A stretch of 64,000 nt of DNA, from the NCBI GenBank assembly GCA_041611735.1, contig JBFIML010000013.1, positions 12,188-76,187 of the forward strand, written 5' to 3'. The DNA comes from Myxococcota bacterium. GTDB lineage: Bacteria > Myxococcota_A > UBA9160 > PR03. The notes beneath the pieces are model-generated. The model did not search any database. It saw nothing but the letters and a program-made list of their open reading frames with translations, and was not told the origin of the DNA. Position numbers and translations under genes: made by a program. This document shows positions 57,387 to 64,000 of this stretch, piece after piece. Positions within the stretch are counted from its first letter, which is position 1, and each line of letters starts with the position of its first letter.

Positions 57387-59456
57387 ATGCAGAACGTCGA
57401 CGTGCGCGACACCCGGAACTTCGCCCTGATCGGTCACGCCGGGGACGGCAAGACGTCGCTCGGCGAGGCGCTGTTGTTCCGGGCCCAGGCCACGTCGAGT
57501 CTGGGGCGCGTGGACGAGGGCAGCTCGGTGCTGAACCACCTGCCCGAGGAGGCGGGTCGCACCACGAGTCTGGCACCCAAGGTGTATGCCTTCGACTGGT
57601 CCGGACGGCACCTGACGCTCGTGGACACGCCGGGCGACCCGAATTTCCTGCCCCAGGGGCAGATCGTCCTGCACGCCCTGGATGCGGCGGTGCTCGTGGT
57701 CTCCGCGGTGGACAGGGCGAAGGTCGGCACGGAGCGCATGTGGCGGACGGCGCGCGAGCTGCGCCTTCCGCTGCTCGCCTTCGCCAACGGGCTGGACCGG
57801 GACCGCGCGGACTTCGCGGCCGCGCTGGAGTCGCTGGCCAAGATGGGGGCGAAGCCGGTGGCGCTCGTGCATCCGCTCGGCGCCGGGGCCACGCTGCGGG
57901 GCGTGGTGGATCTGGTGACTCGTCGCTTCCACGGCCCCGAGGGAGCGGGGGAGGTGCCGGGCGACGCCGCGGAGGAGGTGGAGGCGGCCCGTCGGGCGCT
58001 TCAGGAGGCGGTGGCCGAGTGCGACGACGGCCTGCTCGAGAAGTATCTGGAGGAAGGCGCGCTCTCCGACGAGGAGGTCGCCGCGGGCCTGCTGCGCGCA
58101 GTGCGCGAGGGCGAGCTGCTCCCGGTCCTGGGGGGCGTCGCTACCCAGGGCCTGGGAGCGGAGCTGCTGCTGCGGGCGGTGTCGGACCTGCTGCCCTCGC
58201 CCGCCGATCGTGCGCCCTGGTCGGCCACGGATCTCGCCTCCGGGGCCGAGACGCAGGTGACCGCGGACCCGGCGGGCCCCTTCGCCGCGCGGGTGTTCAA
58301 GACCTCCATCGATCGCTATGCCGGGACCCTGTCCGTGTTCCGGGTGGCCTCGGGCACCGTGCGAGCGGACCAGGGGGTCCTCGACGCCAGCACGGGAGCC
58401 AGGCAGCGACTCGGAAAGCTCTTCGTGCTGCGCGGGGGGGAGCACGTGGAGGTGCCGGAGGCCGGCCCCGGCGACGTGGTCGCCGTGGCCAAGCTGAAGG
58501 ACGTGCACACCGGCAACGCCCTCACGGCGGAGAAGGGAGGGGTGCGCCTGCCGGACATCCCGATTCCGCAGGGCGTGCTCTCGTACGCGATCCGGGCCAA
58601 GGCCAAGGGCGACGAGGACAAGGTCTTCACGGCCCTGGGCCGCCTGGTGGAGGAGGATCCGACCCTGCATCTGCAGCGCGACGAGCAGACAGGGGAGTTC
58701 CTGCTCACGGGCATGGGAGAGCTGCACATCCGGACCTCGGTCGAGCGCCTGCGGGGACGCGCCAACCTGGAGGTGGAGCTCACGACGCCGAAGGTCCCCT
58801 ACCGGGAGACCATCACGCGCCGCGTGGAGCACGTGGAGGGAAAGCTCAAGAAGCAGACGGGCGGCCGGGGCATGTTCGGGGTCTGCTACGTGACGGTGGA
58901 GCCGCTTCCCCGCGGGGGAGGCTTCGAGTTCCTGGACGAGATCGTCGGCGGGGCGATCCCCCGCAACCTGATCCCGGCGGTGGAGAAGGGGGTCGTGGAG
59001 GCCGCCCAGCAGGGCCCCCTGGCGGGCTACCCGGTGGTGGACTTCCGGGTGCGCTGCATCGATGGAAAGTTCCACTCGGTGGACTCCAACGAGATGGCCT
59101 TCAAGCTGGCGGGCAGCATGGGCTTCAAGGCAGCCATGGAGCAGGCCCGACCCACCCTGCTCGAGCCCGTCATGGACGTGGAGGTCGTCACCCCGGACGA
59201 GAACGTGGGAGACGTGATGGGGGACATCTCGAGCCGCCGGGGCCGGGTCCAGACGACCGAGGCCCGGGGCTCGGGGCAGGTCATCAAGGCGCAGGTCCCG
59301 ATGGCCGAAATGCTCGAGTATGCGAGCGTCCTGACCAGCCTGACCGGAGGCAAGGGCGTTTTTCACATGGAGTTCTCGCACTACGACGAGGTCCCGGCGC
59401 AGGTTCGCGAGCGGGTCGTCGCCGGAGCGAGGGGCTCCGAGAAGGCGGGGTCCTAG
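57387..59456 (+). CDS. Elongation factor G-like protein (divergent EF-G2)
   Basis: GHAGDGKT, DTPG, EEDPT, GMGELH, YRETI, HSVDS; G2 and G4 motifs divergent. Confidence 0.9.
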   Translation: MQNVDVRDTRNFALIGHAGDGKTSLGEALLFRAQATSSLGRVDEGSSVLNHLPEEAGRTTSLAPKVYAFDWSGRHLTLVDTPGDPNFLPQGQIVLHALDAAVLVVSAVDRAKVGTERMWRTARELRLPLLAFANGLDRDRADFAAALESLAKMGAKPVALVHPLGAGATLRGVVDLVTRRFHGPEGAGEVPGDAAEEVEAARRALQEAVAECDDGLLEKYLEEGALSDEEVAAGLLRAVREGELLPVLGGVATQGLGAELLLRAVSDLLPSPADRAPWSATDLASGAETQVTADPAGPFAARVFKTSIDRYAGTLSVFRVASGTVRADQGVLDASTGARQRLGKLFVLRGGEHVEVPEAGPGDVVAVAKLKDVHTGNALTAEKGGVRLPDIPIPQGVLSYAIRAKAKGDEDKVFTALGRLVEEDPTLHLQRDEQTGEFLLTGMGELHIRTSVERLRGRANLEVELTTPKVPYRETITRRVEHVEGKLKKQTGGRGMFGVCYVTVEPLPRGGGFEFLDEIVGGAIPRNLIPAVEKGVVEAAQQGPLAGYPVVDFRVRCIDGKFHSVDSNEMAFKLAGSMGFKAAMEQARPTLLEPVMDVEVVTPDENVGDVMGDISSRRGRVQTTEARGSGQVIKAQVPMAEMLEYASVLTSLTGGKGVFHMEFSHYDEVPAQVRERVVAGARGSEKAGS

Positions 59457-59533
59457 CCCGCGCGGCTCTGCCCCGCGGGTGCGACGGCCGGGACGCGGGG
59501 CCTGCTGGGGGCCGAGAGGGGAGCAGCCGCGCG

Positions 59534-60619
59534 GTGTCCGAACGAGCCAAGATCCGCATCACGCTCTCGCCCGAGGCCGAGCGCTACGCGCGGCGCGACG
59601 CCCCGCTGCAGGTGCGGCAGCTGGCCTCGCGGGGCGTCCTGCCCCTGCCCCCGATCGAACTCGCCACGGTCCTGTTCGTGCTCACCCGCGACCCGGACGC
59701 GGAGATCAAGGACCGGGCCCGCCAGAGCCTCGAGAACCTGCCCGAGGGCGTACGCAACGAGGTTCTCTCGGGACCGGCCCATCCCGCCCTGCTCTCCTGG
59801 CTGGGCCACGCCTGGAAGGACCATGCGGATCGCATGGAGCGCCTGGCCCTGAACCCAGCCGCCGACGACGCCACCTCCACCTTCCTGGCCACGCTGCCCC
59901 ACAAGCGGGTCGTCGACATCGTGGCCAACAACCAGCAGCGTCTGCTGCGTTGCCCGGACATCGTGGAGGCCCTCGGCGCGAATCCCCTCACCGGGCGCGC
60001 CGCCATCGACCGCATCCTGTCCTTCCTGGGCCTCGACAGGCCCATGGCGGAGGTGCACGAGGAGCCGGAGGAGGACTTCCCGCCCCCGCCCGAGGAGCTC
60101 ACGGATGCCGAGGCCCAGGCCGCCCTGCGCGCCGTGCTGGGCGACGACGTCTCGGGCTTCGCCCGCGAGCTGGTGGACGACGGTGCGGAGCTCAGCGACG
60201 AGCTGCGCGCCAACCTCCATGCGGCCATCCAGGAAATGTCCGTCTTCCAGAAGATCAAGCTCGCGCGCATGGGCAACAAGGAGGCGCGCGGCATCCTGGT
60301 GCGCGACCGCAACAAGATCGTAGCGACGGCGGCGATCCGCAGCCCGAAGATCACCGAGCTCGAGGTGATCGCCCTGGCCAAGTCACGCAACGTGAGCGAC
60401 GAGGTCCTGCGCCTGGTGGCCGCCAACCGCGACTGGACCCGCAACTACCAGGTGAAGCTCGGATTGGCCACCAACCCGAGGTGCCCCCAGCCCACCGCCA
60501 TGAAGTTCCTGAACTACCTGCAGGACCGCGAGTTGAGAAGCATCATGCGCAGCAAGGACGTGCCGTCGGCGGTGTCCGCGCACGCCCGGCGCATCCTGAC
60601 CAAGAAGGGGAAGCTCTGA
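59534..60619 (+). CDS. Hypothetical helical-repeat protein
   Basis: Repeated LAxNP/xxNP motifs, KIKLARMGNKEARGILVRD; GTG start; TGATG overlap with the next gene. Confidence 0.8.
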   Translation: MSERAKIRITLSPEAERYARRDAPLQVRQLASRGVLPLPPIELATVLFVLTRDPDAEIKDRARQSLENLPEGVRNEVLSGPAHPALLSWLGHAWKDHADRMERLALNPAADDATSTFLATLPHKRVVDIVANNQQRLLRCPDIVEALGANPLTGRAAIDRILSFLGLDRPMAEVHEEPEEDFPPPPEELTDAEAQAALRAVLGDDVSGFARELVDDGAELSDELRANLHAAIQEMSVFQKIKLARMGNKEARGILVRDRNKIVATAAIRSPKITELEVIALAKSRNVSDEVLRLVAANRDWTRNYQVKLGLATNPRCPQPTAMKFLNYLQDRELRSIMRSKDVPSAVSAHARRILTKKGKL

Positions 60620-61578
60620 TGGCGGAGATTCATCCGGATCAGCACGAGGTAGACGCCCGCATCCTCTACTGGGGCATCGAGGGCTCCGGCAAGACCTCGA
60701 ACCTGCAGGCCATCCACGGTCGGCTCCGGCGCGACCACCGGGGCGAGATGCAGCATGTGCCGACGCCGCTCGATCCCACCGTGACCTACGAAGTGCTGCC
60801 GATCAAGCTGGGCGAGATCGGCGGCGTTCGCACCCGGATCCAGGCCATCGCGGTGCCGGGGTCCCCGGAGCACGCACCCACCCGCAAGGCGCTGCTGGAC
60901 CGCACCGCCGGGGTCGTCTTCGTGATCGATGCCCGGCGCGAACAGATCGATGCCAATCTCGCCAGCTTCGACGAGCTGCGCGGCGCCCTCGCCGCCTACG
61001 GTCGTGCCCTGGAAGGGGTTCCGCTCGTGCTCCAGTACAACAAGCGCGACGTTTCCGACCCCTATGCGCTCGAGGAGCTGCACCGGAAGCTCGACCTGCA
61101 CGGGGTCACCGCGTTCGAGGCGGTGGCGCGCGAGGGAACGGGGGTGATCCAGACCCTGACCACGATCTCGAAGCGGGTGATCCGGGCCCTGCGCGAGACG
61201 GAGGCGATGCAACCCACCTCGCCGACGCCGGAGCCGACGGAGCACGAGCGGCCCCAGGCGGAGGCGCCGGAGCCCGCCGCCGATTCGGCGCAGGCGCGGC
61301 TCGAAGCCGAGCCCGACCACATCGGGGAAGCGGCGCAAGCCCCGCGGCTTCCCGAAGCGATGCGCGAGCCCGCCCGGGAGTGGGACCCCGAGCCCTCCAG
61401 CCAGGAGGCGCCCGTCCTCGCCGGGCACGGCTGGCGGCTGCTCGATGCGGGCCAGGCGCGGGTCGTGGATGCGCGGACCCTGGAGATCCCGCTGGTCCTG
61501 GCCGACGCCGAGGGTCACGAGACCCGCCTGCACCTGCGCCTCGCCCTGGATCCGGACCTGGAGGAGGCGGAGGGATGA
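60619..61578 (+). CDS. MglA-family small GTPase paralog with a C-terminal extension
   Basis: ILYWGIEGSGKTSNL, LPIKLGEIGG, VPG, GVVFVID, LQYNKRD; about 120-aa acidic/Pro tail. Confidence 0.85.
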   Translation: MAEIHPDQHEVDARILYWGIEGSGKTSNLQAIHGRLRRDHRGEMQHVPTPLDPTVTYEVLPIKLGEIGGVRTRIQAIAVPGSPEHAPTRKALLDRTAGVVFVIDARREQIDANLASFDELRGALAAYGRALEGVPLVLQYNKRDVSDPYALEELHRKLDLHGVTAFEAVAREGTGVIQTLTTISKRVIRALRETEAMQPTSPTPEPTEHERPQAEAPEPAADSAQARLEAEPDHIGEAAQAPRLPEAMREPAREWDPEPSSQEAPVLAGHGWRLLDAGQARVVDARTLEIPLVLADAEGHETRLHLRLALDPDLEEAEG

Positions 61579-63863
61579 GACGGCGCATCGCCCTCTATGG
61601 AGGCAGCGACGAGGCCCTGCAGCTCGTCCCCCTGCTCCAGGCCAACCCCGCGGTGGAGATCGTCGCCGTCTACGATCCCAACGCCGAGGCCCTGCGCCAC
61701 CGGGTCGCCAGCCTCGACCTGGAGAGCGTCGCCACCCTGGAGCGTGCCCTCACCGACGATCCGGAGACCCTGCGCCGCGACCCGGACCTCTACGCCGTGG
61801 TGGACGCCGGGTTGCAGCCTTCCTTCGCCAGCCGCTTCCCCGACCTCTTGCGGCGCGGCGTACAGGTGGTCGCCCCCCTGACGGCCCGGCTGCTGTGGGG
61901 TTACGGCGTCTCGGCCCGCGACCGCAAGGCGGAGCTCCTGCAGGCCCTCCACGAGGTGGTGGAGTCCGTGGAGCTCACCGTGGACGCCGACGAGCTCTTC
62001 TCCCGCATGCTGGAGATCGCCATCGGCGTGACGGGCGCGGACCGCGGCTCGCTCATGCTGCTCGACCCCGAGAGCGAGGAGCTGACCGTCCGCGTGGCCA
62101 TCGGCATCGAGTCGGAGCTCTGGCCGAAGATCCGGGTCCGCGTGGGTGAGGGAATCGTGGGACGCGTAGCGGCGGACGGACGCCCGCTGCGCCTGCGCGG
62201 AAAGGCGGATCGCGAGGCCTTCCAGATCGTTCGCGAACGGCTCGACGTGGAGTCGGCACTCTGCGTGCCGCTGCTCCACGAACAGCGCCTGCTCGGCGTG
62301 TTGAACCTGCACCACACCACGCGGCCGGACGTCTTCTCGGACGACGACCTGGCCTTCGCCGAACAGCTCGGTCGTCTCGACGCCCAGATCATCGCGCGGG
62401 CCCAGGAGCACGAGTTGCTGCGGGGCCAGGCCGCCCGCTACGAAGCGGTGCGCGAGGTACGCAACATCCTGGCCGGTCGCACGCCGCTGCACGATCGCAT
62501 CGGGGGTCTATGCGACTGGCTCGCCGGGCGAGTGGGGTCGGGGGTGGTCTCCGTGTACCTGTTCGACCCCGAGGCGGAGGAGCTGCGCCTGGCGGCCACC
62601 TCTCTGGAGGGCGGCGGCCTGGGCGGGGAGTACCGGGTCCGGCTGGGACAGGGTCTCGACGGGCGCGCCGCCCGCCAGCGACGTCCGCTCTTCCTGCGCG
62701 AGCCGGATGGACGCGTGGCCTACGCGGCGCTGCCCCTGCTGGCGGACGATACGCTGGTCGGCCTGCTGGCCGTCCAATCCGGCGAGCGGGCCCCGCGCGG
62801 CCCCGCCGCCGAAGAGGGCCTGCTCGAGATCGCGGCGGCCACCGCAGACGGGATCGCTCAGGCGGAACGCGAGTCTCGCATTACGACCCACGCCACCAAG
62901 GAGGGGGCCCTCAACGAAGCCGGAATCCGCATGATCTCGAGCCACGACGTAGGCGACGTGGCGCGTCTCGCTACGTCATCCGCCGGCATGGTGCTGGAAG
63001 CCGATCATGCCGTGCTGCGTCTCCAGGACGAGGCCACGCGCCGGTACGTGGTACGCTCGTACTTTGGCTCCGCCGACGGCCGTCTGCAGGAGCGCCTGTT
63101 CCGACTCGACAAGCAGGTTTCCGTCGACGTGATCAAGCGACGCGGCCCCATGCTGGTGCGCGACGCCCGCCAGGACTCCCGCTGGGCCGACGACAACCTG
63201 CACATCCGCTCCTTCATGGCGGCCCCCCTGCTGAACAAGGACCGCATCATCGGCATCCTGGCCGTGTACGAGAAGGTCACCAGTGACCGCTTCGCCGCCA
63301 CCACCTTCGTCGACGACGACTTCCGGATGTTCGTGCGCTTCGCATCCTATGTGGAGCGGGCCGTGGAGAACTCCCGCTTCCGCTCCCAGGCCTCCCGTCA
63401 CCGCAGCTTCGACGAAGAGACCGGGCTTCCCACCACCGCCTATCTCGGCCGCCGGATCGACGAGGAGATCGCCCGGGCCGCGGAGCGCCTCCACGGTCTG
63501 GCCCTGGTCACCTGCCGCCTGGAGAACCTGGAAGAGATCCGCCGGGCGGCCGATCCCATCCGCGCGGAGCGCGTCGTGTTCCGGATCGCGGATGCCCTGC
63601 GCACCCAGCTCCGGGACTTCGATGTGCTGGCGCGCACCGGCGAAGGGGAGTTCACGGTCCTGATGCCGGAGCCGGGAGCGGCGCCCGAGGAGGCCGTGGC
63701 GAAGCTGGCGCGAGCCGTGGCGGACGATATCGCCAAGGACGACGCGCTGAACGAGCCCGTGCGGGTGGGGCTTGCGTTCGGGTACGCGGTGCACCCGGAT
63801 GACGGGGTGGACCGGGACGGGATGCTGGCGCGCGCCTCCTCTCCCCGCATCCGCATGCTCTAG
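61575..63863 (+). CDS. Multi-GAF protein with a degenerate GGDEF domain
   Basis: Rossmann-like N-terminus, three GAF-like segments (GEGIVGRVA; GQGLDGRAA; SFMAAPL), C-terminal DEETGL...RDFD-VLART-GEGEF; ATGA overlap. Confidence 0.85.
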   Translation: MRRRIALYGGSDEALQLVPLLQANPAVEIVAVYDPNAEALRHRVASLDLESVATLERALTDDPETLRRDPDLYAVVDAGLQPSFASRFPDLLRRGVQVVAPLTARLLWGYGVSARDRKAELLQALHEVVESVELTVDADELFSRMLEIAIGVTGADRGSLMLLDPESEELTVRVAIGIESELWPKIRVRVGEGIVGRVAADGRPLRLRGKADREAFQIVRERLDVESALCVPLLHEQRLLGVLNLHHTTRPDVFSDDDLAFAEQLGRLDAQIIARAQEHELLRGQAARYEAVREVRNILAGRTPLHDRIGGLCDWLAGRVGSGVVSVYLFDPEAEELRLAATSLEGGGLGGEYRVRLGQGLDGRAARQRRPLFLREPDGRVAYAALPLLADDTLVGLLAVQSGERAPRGPAAEEGLLEIAAATADGIAQAERESRITTHATKEGALNEAGIRMISSHDVGDVARLATSSAGMVLEADHAVLRLQDEATRRYVVRSYFGSADGRLQERLFRLDKQVSVDVIKRRGPMLVRDARQDSRWADDNLHIRSFMAAPLLNKDRIIGILAVYEKVTSDRFAATTFVDDDFRMFVRFASYVERAVENSRFRSQASRHRSFDEETGLPTTAYLGRRIDEEIARAAERLHGLALVTCRLENLEEIRRAADPIRAERVVFRIADALRTQLRDFDVLARTGEGEFTVLMPEPGAAPEEAVAKLARAVADDIAKDDALNEPVRVGLAFGYAVHPDDGVDRDGMLARASSPRIRML

Positions 63864-63928
63864 CTTGTGGTTCGAAGATTGCGCCTGGGGGGGGCCGGCC
63901 GGGGCCCGATCCGGGGGGATGGCTCGGG

Positions 63929-64000
63929 CTAGCGGGCGTAGACGGCCCGGTGGATGGGGCCGCGGGGCAGGCAGCGGGTGGGGATGCGGCGCTCGTAGCA
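63929..64000 (-). CDS. Possible 3' end of a gene entering from the right
   Basis: Open frame ...CYERRIPTRCLPRGPIHRAVYAR* with GC-rich third positions; too short to identify. Confidence 0.3.
   Translation of the reverse strand, partial: CYERRIPTRCLPRGPIHRAVYAR

Noticed and set aside
57173-61578. Apparent long fusion ORFs (57173-60619, 59479-61578; likewise 24958-27465 and 9037-10719)
   Set aside because: The N-terminal parts are alternate frames over the upstream gene; real starts coincide with stop/start overlaps or SD sites.

Overview
High-GC window whose gene content (pilBTC-pilSR, RomR next to valS, an MglA-family GTPase, several sigma54 activators) points to a Myxococcota/deltaproteobacterial chromosome (inference). 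1-19 kb: type IV pilus locus with pilB-pilT-pilC-pilS-pilR, a second sensor kinase, a full minor-pilin module (fimU-pilV-pilW-pilX-pilY1) and a second pilW-pilX-pilY1 module; no major pilin pilA. 19-30 kb: ribF, a lone lptF/G, nfeD-SPFH-hflK-hflC, and CoA genes. 30-37 kb: small regulator, a 159-bp MITE and a probable peptidoglycan-recycling cluster (dacB, spmAB, murU-like, MBL hydrolase, anmK). 37-43 kb: probable 6S RNA, glycosyl-/methyltransferases, PilZ, and a membrane protein with a RelE-like tail. 43-52 kb: signalling genes including a FleQ-like activator, fliA, PP2C and romR. 52-64 kb: valS-nadC-birA-coaX-EF-G-like, then a degenerate MglA paralog and a multi-GAF degenerate-GGDEF protein. 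Main result: six sigma28-type promoter motifs with an exact 15-nt spacer lie in front of the pilus motor operon, both pilus-tip modules, romR, PP2C and a two-component operon, while fliA has a sigma54 promoter beside a FleQ-like activator. This suggests a flagellar-style sigma54-to-sigma28 cascade wired to type IV pili and cell polarity. Start codons were re-chosen by eye, and all family assignments come from motif recognition, not database searches.
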